DNA from: Escherichia phage vB_EcoM_SYGD1
Sequence record: MW883059
DNA: 64,000 nt
Strand: one strand, 5' to 3'
Below, one piece after another: positions 27,082-36,536 of this stretch. The notes under the pieces were generated by a model. That model made no database searches and was not told the DNA's origin. It saw only the letters and a program-made list of their open reading frames with translations. A program made the translations under genes and the position numbers. Position 1 is the stretch's first letter. Every line of letters begins with the position of its first letter.

Positions 27082-27828
27082 ATGAAACTGTCTAAAAATC
27101 AAATTCGTAAAATTACACGTCGTTTAGAGCATACTCAGGCATCTGCCAAAAGACGTTCTAAAGATTTTAACTTAGACTTCAATTACATTAAGAACATTTT
27201 AGATCAGAAAGTTTGCGCTTACTCAGGAGAACCTTTTGATAATCGTATTGAAGGAGAGAAATTATCATTAGAACGTTTTGATAATAACGTTGGATACATT
27301 AAAGGGAATGTTATTGCAGTAAAGAAAAAGTATAATACATTTCGTTCTGATTATACTTTAGAAGAGTTGATTGAAAAGCGTGATTTATTTGCTTTGCGAA
27401 TTGGTCGTTCATCTGCGAAAAAAGTTCATAAACTAAATTTAGATGAAAAGAAATGGACTAAAATCAAAAAGACTTATAATCAAATTAAAGCTATACAGAA
27501 AAAACGTGAAAACCGAATTGAACACATTTCTCAGCTTTCTAAATCAAAACAAACTTCTGACGTTAAGCTAACGATTATAGCACTTAAAGCTCGTATTGAT
27601 GGTTCTCGTATAGCAGAAGGCGCTGAAGTTGTTAAATTGAACGTTCTTCTTAAAGGCTCGGATTGGAAAACTGTGAAAAAGTTGTCAGAAGCAGAAATGC
27701 AATATGATATGTGTGATAAAATTATTCAAGGTGTAGAGCGGTATCAAAACTTGTCTTTTATTGATAAACTTAAACTGAAAAGAGGATACCCGCTAAATTG
27801 TTCAATTTTTAAACTTATCCGAGGATAA
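27082..27828 (+). CDS. hypothetical basic protein (T4 srd position)
   Basis: 248-aa ORF between modA and dda; assignment by position and size only. Confidence 0.35.
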   Translation: MKLSKNQIRKITRRLEHTQASAKRRSKDFNLDFNYIKNILDQKVCAYSGEPFDNRIEGEKLSLERFDNNVGYIKGNVIAVKKKYNTFRSDYTLEELIEKRDLFALRIGRSSAKKVHKLNLDEKKWTKIKKTYNQIKAIQKKRENRIEHISQLSKSKQTSDVKLTIIALKARIDGSRIAEGAEVVKLNVLLKGSDWKTVKKLSEAEMQYDMCDKIIQGVERYQNLSFIDKLKLKRGYPLNCSIFKLIRG

Positions 27829-27829
27829 T

Positions 27830-28141
27830 ATGTTTTATGTATATGCGATAGTGTATAGAGATAAAGATGGATTTGCAGTGCCTGTTCCGCTTGATGAACA
27901 TCGTCCTGCTGTATTTTTTGAAAGGGAGATTGCTGATAAAGTTTTTACAACTCTTAAAGAGCAGTATCGACTAGCTTTAGGTATGGGAATTCCAAGATTA
28001 GTTGAGACTCCACGTAAGTTCTGGTTTAATAAGCTTGAAATGAAACACGTTAAACTAGATGCGGAGACGCAAAGATTATATCGGCGAATTTTAGATACTG
28101 GGCGTATTGTTAGTATACCAATTGCAGGGAATTTACGATGA
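27830..28141 (+). CDS. hypothetical small protein
   Basis: 103-aa ORF immediately upstream of dda. Confidence 0.4.
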   Translation: MFYVYAIVYRDKDGFAVPVPLDEHRPAVFFEREIADKVFTTLKEQYRLALGMGIPRLVETPRKFWFNKLEMKHVKLDAETQRLYRRILDTGRIVSIPIAGNLR

Positions 28142-29457
28142 CATTTGATGATTTGACAGAAGGCCAGAAAAATGCCTTTAACATCGTTATGAGGGCTATT
28201 AAAGAAAAGAAACATCATGTAACTATTAATGGACCTGCTGGTACTGGTAAGACTACTCTTACTAAGTTCATCATTGAAGCCTTAATATCTACGGGCGAAA
28301 CTGGCATTATTTTAGCAGCTCCTACTCATGCAGCTAAAAAGATTCTTTCAAAACTGTCAGGGAAAGAAGCGAGTACTATTCACAGTATTCTTAAAATTAA
28401 CCCAGTAACATACGAAGAAAACGTTCTTTTTGAACAAAAAGAAGTACCGGATTTAGCCAAATGTAGAGTATTAATCTGCGACGAAGTGTCAATGTATGAT
28501 AGAAAGCTATTTAAAATTCTGCTTTCAACTATTCCGCCGTGGTGTACTATAATTGGAATAGGCGATAATAAGCAAATTAGACCCGTTGACCCAGGAGAAA
28601 ACACTGCTTATATCAGTCCATTCTTTACGCATAAAGATTTTTATCAGTGTGAACTCACTGAAGTTAAACGTAGTAATGCTCCTATTATTGATGTAGCTAC
28701 TGATGTTCGTAATGGTAAGTGGATTTATGATAAAATTGTTGACGGGCATGGAGTACGTGGATTTACTGGTGATACCGCTTTACGCGATTTTATGGTAAAT
28801 TATTTTTCAATCGTCAAATCGCTAGATGATTTGTTTGAAAATCGTGTAATGGCATTTACGAATAAATCTGTTGATAAGTTAAATAGCATTATTCGTAAAA
28901 AGATTTTTGAAACTGATAAAGATTTTATCGTTGGTGAAATTATTGTAATGCAGGAACCATTAATTAAAACATATAAAATTGATGGAAAGCCTGTGTCAGA
29001 AATTATTTTTAATAACGGACAATTAGTTCGTATTATAGAAGCAGAATATACATCGACGTTTGTTAAAGCTCGTGGTGTTCCTGGAGAATATCTAATTCGT
29101 CATTGGGATTTAACAGTAGAAACTTACGGCGATGATGAATATTATCGTGAAAAGATTAAAATAATTTCATCTGATGAAGAGCTGTATAAGTTTAATTTAT
29201 TTTTAGGTAAAACTGCAGAAACTTACAAAAATTGGAATAAAGGCGGAAAGGCTCCGTGGAGCGATTTTTGGGATGCTAAATCCCAATTTAGTAAAGTGAA
29301 AGCACTTCCTGCATCAACATTCCATAAAGCACAGGGTATGTCTGTAGACCGTGCTTTCATCTATACACCCTGTATTCATTATGCAGACGCTGAATTGGCT
29401 CAACAGCTTCTTTATGTTGGTGTAACACGTGGTCGTTATGATGTGTTTTATGTGTGA
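28138..29457 (+). CDS. dda: Dda DNA helicase (SF1B)
   Basis: 439 aa as in T4 Dda; Walker A GPAGTGKTT, Walker B LICDEVSM. Confidence 0.85.
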   Translation: MTFDDLTEGQKNAFNIVMRAIKEKKHHVTINGPAGTGKTTLTKFIIEALISTGETGIILAAPTHAAKKILSKLSGKEASTIHSILKINPVTYEENVLFEQKEVPDLAKCRVLICDEVSMYDRKLFKILLSTIPPWCTIIGIGDNKQIRPVDPGENTAYISPFFTHKDFYQCELTEVKRSNAPIIDVATDVRNGKWIYDKIVDGHGVRGFTGDTALRDFMVNYFSIVKSLDDLFENRVMAFTNKSVDKLNSIIRKKIFETDKDFIVGEIIVMQEPLIKTYKIDGKPVSEIIFNNGQLVRIIEAEYTSTFVKARGVPGEYLIRHWDLTVETYGDDEYYREKIKIISSDEELYKFNLFLGKTAETYKNWNKGGKAPWSDFWDAKSQFSKVKALPASTFHKAQGMSVDRAFIYTPCIHYADAELAQQLLYVGVTRGRYDVFYV

Positions 29458-29463
29458 GGATAT

Positions 29464-29724
29464 ATGATTAACATCAATTCAAAATATTTAAATCGTCTAA
29501 TAGATGGTATAAAGAAGCATACTGATAAGCAAGATAATCTCAGTGTTATGGTAACAGGAGCTGAGCTCCTTTATAAGCTTAATCTTATAAGTGATACTAT
29601 ACTAGCAATTAAACGAATTGAAAAACAATCATATCATAGTAATACAGATACGGTAATTACATTAGATGAAAGTGTCTGTAAGCTGCTGATTAAATTTGAG
29701 GAAGCTATTCGTGGAAATAACTAA
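29464..29724 (+). CDS. hypothetical small protein, first of three tandem paralogs
   Basis: 86-aa ORF with RBS GAGG. Confidence 0.4.
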   Translation: MININSKYLNRLIDGIKKHTDKQDNLSVMVTGAELLYKLNLISDTILAIKRIEKQSYHSNTDTVITLDESVCKLLIKFEEAIRGNN

Positions 29725-29956
29725 AGACCAGTTTTATCTACTTCAAGATAAAGTGAGCGAAATTTATGAAATAGCTTATAGTAAAAATCGCAAAAACGTG
29801 AAAATTGAATCGGGAAAGTTAATGCTTCAATTGGAAGAAATTGAACGAGATTTGATTGCATTAGAATTCTTTTGCGGTGAAGTGAAAACTGTTACAATCA
29901 GTGATTATGTTTTAGGTGAAATTAGCCATCTTTATAAGGCGGTTATTAATGATTGA
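29711..29956 (+). CDS. hypothetical small protein, second tandem paralog
   Basis: Probable GTG start at 29711 preceded by GAGGAAG (track start 29696 is TTG); shares the ...LEEI.(R/K)D...(V/I)...(S/Q)DY.(L/V)G(E/Q)I pattern with the next ORF. Confidence 0.4.
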   Translation: MEITKDQFYLLQDKVSEIYEIAYSKNRKNVKIESGKLMLQLEEIERDLIALEFFCGEVKTVTISDYVLGEISHLYKAVIND

Positions 29957-30191
29957 ATTAAGTTTGCATCAGTTTAAATCTCTTATGGCAAATGTTAAAG
30001 CTGTCATTCAAGAAAATCCAGGACCTGATAATGTTACTATTCGCGAAAAAGCTTCAAAGATAGTATACAGTCTTGAAGAGATACAAAAAGATATTGAATC
30101 TATGGCAAAATTTATTGATGAGCCCATTAATAAAGTTTATATCCAAGATTATACTGTAGGTCAAATTCGCGATTTAGCGAGGAAAATTTAA
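29949..30191 (+). CDS. hypothetical small protein, third tandem paralog
   Basis: ATG at 29949 overlaps the upstream stop (ATGATTGA); clear sequence similarity to the previous ORF. Confidence 0.4.
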   Translation: MIELSLHQFKSLMANVKAVIQENPGPDNVTIREKASKIVYSLEEIQKDIESMAKFIDEPINKVYIQDYTVGQIRDLARKI

Positions 30192-30874
30192 TGTTTGATT
30201 TTATTATAGATTTTGAAACAATGGGAAGCGGTGAAAAGGCAGCTGTTATTGATTTGGCTGTTATTGCCTTTGATCCTAATCCAGAAGTAGTTGAAACGTT
30301 TGATGAATTAGTTTCGCGCGGCATTAAAATCAAGTTTGATTTAAAAAGTCAAAAAGGACATCGTCTTTTTACTAAAAGCACTATCGAATGGTGGAAAAAT
30401 CAATCTCCTGAAGCTCGAAAAAATATTGCACCATCAGATGAAGATGTAAGCACTATCGATGGTATTGTAAAATTTAATGATTACATCAATGCGCATAATA
30501 TCGATCCTTGGAAATCTCAAGGCTGGTGCCGTGGAATGTCATTTGATTTTCCGATTTTAGTCGATCTCATTCGCGATATTCAACGTCTTAATGGCGTTTC
30601 TGAGAATGAGCTTGACACATTTAAGTTAGAACCATGTAAATTCTGGAATCAGCGTGATATTCGTACCAGAATTGAAGCACTTCTGCTTGTTCGTGATATG
30701 ACCACGTGTCCTCTTCCAAAAGGAACTTTAGATGGATTCGTTGCACATGATTCTATTCATGATTGTGCGAAAGACATCCTGATGATGAAGTATGCTTTGC
30801 GATATGCTATGGGTCTTGAAGATGCTCCGTCAGAAGAAGAGTGCGATCCTCTATCTCTTCCAACAAAACGATAA
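30191..30874 (+). CDS. dexA: DexA exonuclease A (DEDD family 3'-5' exonuclease)
   Basis: 227 aa as in T4 DexA; N-terminal FIIDFETMG Exo I-type motif. Confidence 0.75.
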   Translation: MFDFIIDFETMGSGEKAAVIDLAVIAFDPNPEVVETFDELVSRGIKIKFDLKSQKGHRLFTKSTIEWWKNQSPEARKNIAPSDEDVSTIDGIVKFNDYINAHNIDPWKSQGWCRGMSFDFPILVDLIRDIQRLNGVSENELDTFKLEPCKFWNQRDIRTRIEALLLVRDMTTCPLPKGTLDGFVAHDSIHDCAKDILMMKYALRYAMGLEDAPSEEECDPLSLPTKR

Positions 30875-30880
30875 AAAGTT

Positions 30881-30910
30881 GTTTACTTCCTCGGTTAGTT
30901 GTGGTATTAT
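30881..30910 (+). promoter_or_regulatory. T4-type early promoter (GTTTAC-N18-TATTAT)
   Basis: GTTTAC 30881-30886, TATTAT 30905-30910. Confidence 0.5.
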
Positions 30911-30937
30911 AACACCATAGCTACTGAGGATAATAAA

Positions 30938-31438
30938 ATGAAAATTTATCGTGTTGAATCATCTTTTAGTATTCTTAATTATGAAGATGCTATAACAATA
31001 CGTCGAAATCTTTGTGTTCAAATAACGCCGTACAGGAGTATAATAGATTCATGGAGCGAAGAGTGGCTATTACACGTAGGTTATGACAGACCTAATTTTA
31101 TGCATCATAGCGATAATAATAAAAGAATTCCTTTACCACACGAAGATAAACTATTAGTTAAAAACGCTAATATAGTAATTAATACTAAGTTCAAGAAAGA
31201 TTATGTTGGAGTAGAATATCATATTCCAGGATGGTTTATAGCTCTTTATCATTTTGCTTTCGCTAGTGAATATGATATGATGAGATGGTTCACACGAGAA
31301 GAGCGGGAAGAATTATCTTCTAAAGGATTTTATCTCGCTGTATACGAAGTTCCTGAAGATGAAGTTATCATTGGCGGGCACCAAGTAATGTTCCGTAAAT
31401 CCCATGCTGAGCTCGTAGATTTTATTGAAATGAGATAA
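30938..31438 (+). CDS. hypothetical protein
   Basis: ATG at 30938 downstream of promoter and RBS GAGGA; the track start at 30899 lies inside the promoter. Confidence 0.4.
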   Translation: MKIYRVESSFSILNYEDAITIRRNLCVQITPYRSIIDSWSEEWLLHVGYDRPNFMHHSDNNKRIPLPHEDKLLVKNANIVINTKFKKDYVGVEYHIPGWFIALYHFAFASEYDMMRWFTREEREELSSKGFYLAVYEVPEDEVIIGGHQVMFRKSHAELVDFIEMR

Positions 31439-31440
31439 TT

Positions 31441-31983
31441 ATGAAATTTAATTATAATCCTGAATACACACCAAATCCGGTAGCTAAACTGATTGATTTT
31501 GATGTTGTAAGCACTTATGTATGCCCTGTTAAACCACTGGAAATTAAGGAACCTACTATGACTACCGCTATTGAAATCGGCAAAACCTACAAACTAGTTG
31601 AACCTGAAATTAAAACTAATGCCTTGATTTCCGGCTATAAAACTTTGACTGATGTTTTTGGTGAAGGCGAATTTACTGTTGAAGACTTTGAAAAAAGTAA
31701 ATGGTTTACTAAATCTTATATTGTCCACGGTCGTCGTTTAGACAATAACAAAATAGAGAAAATCCTGGTTTATGAGGCAGAGTTCATCCTGTTCCAAGAA
31801 GTTGAAGAACAAGACCCTACAGACCTTCTAACTCGTGCTGTAGCTATCAAGACTCCATTTATTTCGGTCTGTGGTTGGGTAACAGACCAGTGGATTGAAG
31901 ATGGTGTTGAACTTCTGAACGTTGTTCACGCAGGTGATTTTAGTGTAGTACCTCGTAGTGCAGTGGTAGCTATTTTGAATTAA
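31441..31983 (+). CDS. hypothetical protein, paralog of the downstream MotB-like ORF
   Basis: C-terminal WVTDQWIEDGVELLNVVHAGDFSVVP parallels YITDQWVEDGVKLYNVVFLGTYKVIP in the ORF at 32060. Confidence 0.45.
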   Translation: MKFNYNPEYTPNPVAKLIDFDVVSTYVCPVKPLEIKEPTMTTAIEIGKTYKLVEPEIKTNALISGYKTLTDVFGEGEFTVEDFEKSKWFTKSYIVHGRRLDNNKIEKILVYEAEFILFQEVEEQDPTDLLTRAVAIKTPFISVCGWVTDQWIEDGVELLNVVHAGDFSVVPRSAVVAILN

Positions 31984-31985
31984 TA

Positions 31986-32015
31986 GTTTACAAACTCTTG
32001 GGACCAGAGTATAAT
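31986..32015 (+). promoter_or_regulatory. early promoter (GTTTAC-N18-TATAAT) whose -10 lies in the loop of a GGGACC/GGTCCC hairpin
   Basis: GTTTAC 31986-31991, TATAAT 32010-32015; stem 32000-32005 / 32016-32021. Confidence 0.45.
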
Positions 32016-32059
32016 GGTCCCGTGGAGTATAAAATCTTTTTAACAAGTGAGAGATAACT

Positions 32060-32548
32060 ATGATTATTAATATTGGTGAATTAGCTCGTGTATCTGATAA
32101 ATCCCGTTCTAAAGCAGCAGGAAAATTGGTCGAAATTGTAAGCATTCAGCTTAAACACGGCGTTAAAGATGAAGATTCTGAAGTAAAAGTGCGTATCATT
32201 CCTAAAGATGGAAAGTCTAAACCTCAGTTTGGCTATGTTCGTGCGAAATTTCTTGAATCTGCGTTTTTGAAAGCTGTTCCTGCTAAAGGAATTGAAACGA
32301 TTGATACTTCGCATGTAGGTGTAGACTTTAAGTGGAAACTCGGTCAGGCTATTAAGTTCATTGCTCCTTGTGAATTTAAATTTATCAAAGATGATGGTGT
32401 GGCTGTTTATACTCGTGCTATGTGTGCATACATTACCGATCAGTGGGTAGAAGATGGTGTTAAGCTGTACAACGTGGTATTTTTAGGAACATACAAAGTC
32501 ATTCCTGAAAGCTGGATTAAACACTATAGCAAAGCTCTCTATGCATAA
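32060..32548 (+). CDS. MotB-like protein
   Basis: 162 aa, the size of T4 MotB; paralog of the upstream ORF; assignment by size and position. Confidence 0.4.
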   Translation: MIINIGELARVSDKSRSKAAGKLVEIVSIQLKHGVKDEDSEVKVRIIPKDGKSKPQFGYVRAKFLESAFLKAVPAKGIETIDTSHVGVDFKWKLGQAIKFIAPCEFKFIKDDGVAVYTRAMCAYITDQWVEDGVKLYNVVFLGTYKVIPESWIKHYSKALYA

Positions 32549-32645
32549 AGTTTAAAATTTTTTCATAAAACTATATACATCAGTAGTTGATTATGGTACT
32601 ATATCAATATCAACTACTGATACAGAAAACAACTTGGAGAATAAA

Positions 32646-32915
32646 ATGGAAAACTTAATTATCATCGAACAATCTTTCAACGATTATGGTATGGCTTATG
32701 GTTATCGTGCGATAATGGAAGATTCTCGTGGATGTGTTATCGATATTGCAGAATGTAAAGATTTACTGCAGCTTTTGAAGATTGTTCGCAAAAATTGGGA
32801 TTGTGAAAACATTAAAGCTCGTGTTGTAACGGAAGAAGAAACTGTTTTTCATGATGTAAAATTCGCCAAAGGTGCTGCTACTCTTCTGAAACGCATCGCT
32901 CCACTGTTCAATTAA
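32646..32915 (+). CDS. hypothetical small protein
   Basis: ATG at 32646 after the conserved leader and GGAG; the track start at 32634 is TTG within the leader. Confidence 0.4.
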   Translation: MENLIIIEQSFNDYGMAYGYRAIMEDSRGCVIDIAECKDLLQLLKIVRKNWDCENIKARVVTEEETVFHDVKFAKGAATLLKRIAPLFN

Positions 32916-32928
32916 TGAGGAAATTGTA

Positions 32929-33144
32929 ATGAAACGCAAAATTGTTCAGAACTGCACTAATGATGAATTTGAAGATGTATTATTCGATCCAGATTTGGTA
33001 GTAGTTCAAAAGGAACACACCATTAAGTTTACTCACTTAACTTCGGTTTATGTTTATGAAAAGGTTGGTGATAAACAGCCAATTTACGGTGTATTTCGTG
33101 AAATTACTGAAGATGGCACAACTTACTGGAAGGAAATTTATTAA
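32929..33144 (+). CDS. hypothetical small protein
   Basis: 71-aa ORF with RBS GAGGAA. Confidence 0.4.
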   Translation: MKRKIVQNCTNDEFEDVLFDPDLVVVQKEHTIKFTHLTSVYVYEKVGDKQPIYGVFREITEDGTTYWKEIY

Positions 33145-33563
33145 TGGCTATTAGATTTGAAGTTAATAAATGGTATCAATTTAAAAATAAACAAGCTCAA
33201 GAAAATTTTATTAAAGACCATACTGATAACGGAATCTATGCACGACGTTTAGGTATGTATCCTTTTAAAATTTTAGATGTGGACGCTCTTGGGCGTCCTA
33301 TTAAAATTTTGTCATCTACTGGAAATTTAGTACTATCTTCTGGTAAAGATGTTTTGGATGAAGACTTTATTTGGCTTTCAAAAAGTGAAGCTGGGTTCTT
33401 TGATGAAGTGAAAAATCCATATCAGGCAGCTGAAGAGCAAGAGCAGGAAGAGCAAGAACAAATAGAAGATTTCACCGAATTTCCTGTCATGAAAGTTACT
33501 ATTGAAAATAATGAGCAGGCCTGGTCCTTGTATCAGATGTTGAAAGCACACTTTAAGGAATAA
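33144..33563 (+). CDS. hypothetical protein with acidic [10 protein letters not shown] tract
   Basis: 139-aa ORF. Confidence 0.4.
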   Translation: MAIRFEVNKWYQFKNKQAQENFIKDHTDNGIYARRLGMYPFKILDVDALGRPIKILSSTGNLVLSSGKDVLDEDFIWLSKSEAGFFDEVKNPYQAAEEQEQEEQEQIEDFTEFPVMKVTIENNEQAWSLYQMLKAHFKE

Positions 33564-33565
33564 TT

Positions 33566-33742
33566 ATGCCAATGTATGATTATAAATGCCAATCCGAAGA
33601 TTGTGGGCATGAATATGAAAAAATTAAAAAGATTTCTGAACGAGAAAATGATGTTTGCCCTAAATGTCATCGTTTGTCTACTCGTCGGCCTTCTGCTCCT
33701 AAGCATGTGAATGGCGGATTTTACGACTTACTTAAAGGGTGA
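33566..33742 (+). CDS. small zinc-ribbon protein (FmdB-like CxxC ... CxxC)
   Basis: 58 aa: MPMYDYKCQSEDCGHEYEKIK...DVCPKCHRL; RBS AAGGA; below the track length cutoff. Confidence 0.45.
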   Translation: MPMYDYKCQSEDCGHEYEKIKKISERENDVCPKCHRLSTRRPSAPKHVNGGFYDLLKG

Positions 33743-34116
33743 TTATGTTTAAAATCGGTAAGAAATATCGTGTTCGCGAAGGTGAAGAAAAGAAATATCT
33801 ACTTTCTGCTATTTATAGGAATGGTTCTATTAATGCCGTAATATCTACAAGCGAATTTATCGTTGAAGATATGAAAGGTAATAATGTTACAATGATTAGT
33901 ACAGCATCTGGAAATGATGGAAAAATTCTTCACAGTTTTCAGAGTAATGTTCTAATTTATGATGAAGAATTTGACTTCTTCGAAGAAGTTCCTGAAGATT
34001 TTGATTTTGAATGCACTATCACTATGAAATCTGGTGACCCTCTTTCTTTTACAGTTAAAGATGAAAGAAGTCGCTTGAGAATTATTAGTCTCCTTCAAGC
34101 CATTAAATTTGAGTGA
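33739..34116 (+). CDS. hypothetical protein
   Basis: 125-aa ORF (GTG start in track; alternative ATG at 33745). Confidence 0.4.
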   Translation: MIMFKIGKKYRVREGEEKKYLLSAIYRNGSINAVISTSEFIVEDMKGNNVTMISTASGNDGKILHSFQSNVLIYDEEFDFFEEVPEDFDFECTITMKSGDPLSFTVKDERSRLRIISLLQAIKFE

Positions 34117-34381
34117 AATTATGAAATATGTTAATCGTTCTATCGCGGCATTAGTATTAGCAGTGTCTTTAGTAGGATGTACTGATGCTGATAATGCAAC
34201 CAAAGTTTTGTCTTCAAGTGGTTTTACTAATATTGAAATCACTGGATATAATTGGTTCGGTTGTTCTGAAAATGATTTCCAACATACTGGATTTCGTGCT
34301 GTTGGACCTACCGGGCAGAAAGTAGAAGGAACAGTATGTTCTGGTCTATTCTTCAAGGATTCGACTATCCGTTTTAAATAA
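34109..34381 (+). CDS. putative small lipoprotein
   Basis: Signal peptide and lipobox ...LAVSLVGC; 90 aa. Confidence 0.45.
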   Translation: MSEIMKYVNRSIAALVLAVSLVGCTDADNATKVLSSSGFTNIEITGYNWFGCSENDFQHTGFRAVGPTGQKVEGTVCSGLFFKDSTIRFK

Positions 34382-34398
34382 AAGGCCTTCGGGCCTTT
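34381..34398 (+). terminator. intrinsic terminator hairpin (AAAGGCC-TTCG-GGCCTTT)
   Basis: UUCG-tetraloop hairpin followed by T-rich sequence. Confidence 0.55.
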
Positions 34399-34447
34399 AG
34401 CTTTATGATTACCGGAGTATAATATTCCCGAAACCAAACGAGGATAA

Positions 34448-36268
34448 GTGATGATTAAGAATGAAATTAAAATTCTGAGCGATATTGAACATATCAAAAA
34501 GCGTAGCGGCATGTACATTGGCTCTTCTGCTAATGAAATGCATGAGCGCTTTCTGTTTGGTAAATGGGAAAGTGTTCAGTATGTACCTGGTCTTGTTAAG
34601 CTTATTGATGAAATTATCGATAACTCAGTAGATGAAGGTATTCGTACTAAGTTTAAATTCGCAAATAAAATTAATGTTACTATTAAAAACAATCAAGTAA
34701 CAGTTGAAGATAACGGTCGCGGTATTCCACAAGCGATGGTTAAAACACCTACCGGTGAAGAAATTCCTGGTCCAGTTGCTGCATGGACTATTCCAAAAGC
34801 AGGTGGTAACTTCGGTGATGATAAAGAACGCGTCACTGGTGGTATGAACGGTGTTGGTTCTAGTTTAACTAACATTTTTTCTGTGATGTTTGTCGGTGAA
34901 ACTGGTGATGGTCAAAATAATATTGTAGTTCGTTGTTCAAACGGCATGGAAAATAAATCGTGGGAAGATATTCCTGGAAAATGGAAAGGAACTCGCGTTA
35001 CTTTCATTCCTGATTTTATGTCATTTGAAACTAATGAGCTATCTCAAGTTTATCTTGACATTACACTAGATCGTCTCCAGACACTTGCAGTAGTTTATCC
35101 TGATATTCAATTTACCTTTAATGGTAAAAAGGTTCAGGGTAATTTTAAGAAATATGCACGCCAATATGATGAACATGCTATCGTTCAAGAACAAGAAAAC
35201 TGTTCTATCGCGGTTGGTCGTTCACCGGATGGTTTTCGTCAATTAACGTACGTCAATAACATTCATACTAAGAATGGTGGCCATCATATTGACTGCGTTA
35301 TGGATGATATTTGTGAAGACCTTATTCCGCAAATCAAACGTAAATTCAAAATTGATGTAACTAAAGCACGTGTTAAAGAATGTTTGACTATCGTTATGTT
35401 TGTTCGTGATATGAAAAACATGCGATTTGATTCTCAAACTAAAGAGCGTTTGACTTCTCCATTTGGTGAAATCCGTAGTCATATTCAACTTGATGCTAAA
35501 AAGATTTCACGTGCTATTTTAAATAATGAAGCAATTTTAATGCCAATTATTGAAGCTGCCTTGGCTCGTAAATTGGCGGCAGAAAAAGCAGCAGAAACTA
35601 AAGCAGCTAAAAAGGCTTCTAAAGCTAAGGTTCATAAACATATTAAAGCGAATCTTTGCGGTAAAGATGCTGACACTACTCTTTTCTTGACTGAGGGTGA
35701 TTCTGCTATCGGATATCTTATTGATGTTCGTGATAAAGAACTTCATGGTGGTTATCCATTGCGTGGTAAAGTTCTTAACAGTTGGGGTATGTCATATGCT
35801 GATATGCTTAAAAACAAAGAACTGTTTGATATTTGCGCAATCACTGGATTGGTTCTTGGTGAAAAAGCTGAAAACTTGAATTATCATAATATTGCTATTA
35901 TGACTGATGCTGACCATGATGGTCTAGGAAGCATTTATCCTTCTCTGCTAGGATTTTTTAGTAATTGGCCAGAACTGTTTGAACAAGGAAGAATTCGCTT
36001 TGTCAAAACTCCTGTAATCATCGCTCAGGTCGGTAAAAAACAAGAATGGTTTTATACAGTCGCTGAATATGAGAGTGCCAAAGATGCTCTACCTAAACAT
36101 AACATCCGTTATATTAAGGGACTTGGCTCTTTGGAAAAATCTGAATATCGTGAGATGATTCAAAACCCAGTATATGATGTTGTTAAACTTCCTGAGAATT
36201 GGAAAGAGCTTTTTGAAATGCTCATGGGAGATAATGCTGACCTTCGTAAAGAATGGATGAGCCAATAG
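34448..36268 (+). CDS. 39: gp39 DNA topoisomerase II large (ATPase, GyrB-like) subunit, continuous 39+60 form
   Basis: 606 aa; GHKL ATPase motifs (DNSVDEG, GRGIP, GGMNGVGSS) and TOPRIM region; no separate gene 60 and no bypass-type interruption. Confidence 0.9.
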   Translation: MMIKNEIKILSDIEHIKKRSGMYIGSSANEMHERFLFGKWESVQYVPGLVKLIDEIIDNSVDEGIRTKFKFANKINVTIKNNQVTVEDNGRGIPQAMVKTPTGEEIPGPVAAWTIPKAGGNFGDDKERVTGGMNGVGSSLTNIFSVMFVGETGDGQNNIVVRCSNGMENKSWEDIPGKWKGTRVTFIPDFMSFETNELSQVYLDITLDRLQTLAVVYPDIQFTFNGKKVQGNFKKYARQYDEHAIVQEQENCSIAVGRSPDGFRQLTYVNNIHTKNGGHHIDCVMDDICEDLIPQIKRKFKIDVTKARVKECLTIVMFVRDMKNMRFDSQTKERLTSPFGEIRSHIQLDAKKISRAILNNEAILMPIIEAALARKLAAEKAAETKAAKKASKAKVHKHIKANLCGKDADTTLFLTEGDSAIGYLIDVRDKELHGGYPLRGKVLNSWGMSYADMLKNKELFDICAITGLVLGEKAENLNYHNIAIMTDADHDGLGSIYPSLLGFFSNWPELFEQGRIRFVKTPVIIAQVGKKQEWFYTVAEYESAKDALPKHNIRYIKGLGSLEKSEYREMIQNPVYDVVKLPENWKELFEMLMGDNADLRKEWMSQ

Positions 36269-36297
36269 TTTACTTTACCACAAGGATGTGGTATAAT
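36268..36297 (+). promoter_or_regulatory. T4-type early promoter (GTTTAC-N18-TATAAT)
   Basis: GTTTAC 36268-36273, TATAAT 36292-36297. Confidence 0.55.
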
Positions 36298-36322
36298 TAA
36301 TTGGGCAAATGAGGATATTGAA

Positions 36323-36526
36323 ATGAAATCATATAGAGTAAATTTAGAACTTTTTGATAAAGCAGTTCATCGAGAATATAGAATCATTCAACGCTTTTTC
36401 GATATGGGAGAAGCCGAAGAGTTTAAAAACCGCTTTAAGGATATTAGAGATAAAATTCAATCCGACACCGCAACTAAAGATGAACTACTAGAAGTTGCTG
36501 AAGTTATTAAACGCAATATGAATTAA
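36323..36526 (+). CDS. hypothetical small protein (rIIA.1 position)
   Basis: 67-aa ORF with RBS GAGGA. Confidence 0.4.
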   Translation: MKSYRVNLELFDKAVHREYRIIQRFFDMGEAEEFKNRFKDIRDKIQSDTATKDELLEVAEVIKRNMN

Positions 36527-36536
36527 TGAGGAAATT

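Noticed and set aside
34448-36268. Searched for a T4-like gene 60 translational bypass or a mobA-type insertion splitting gene 39
   Set aside because: The ORF is continuous for 606 codons with no internal stop or hairpin-gap structure.
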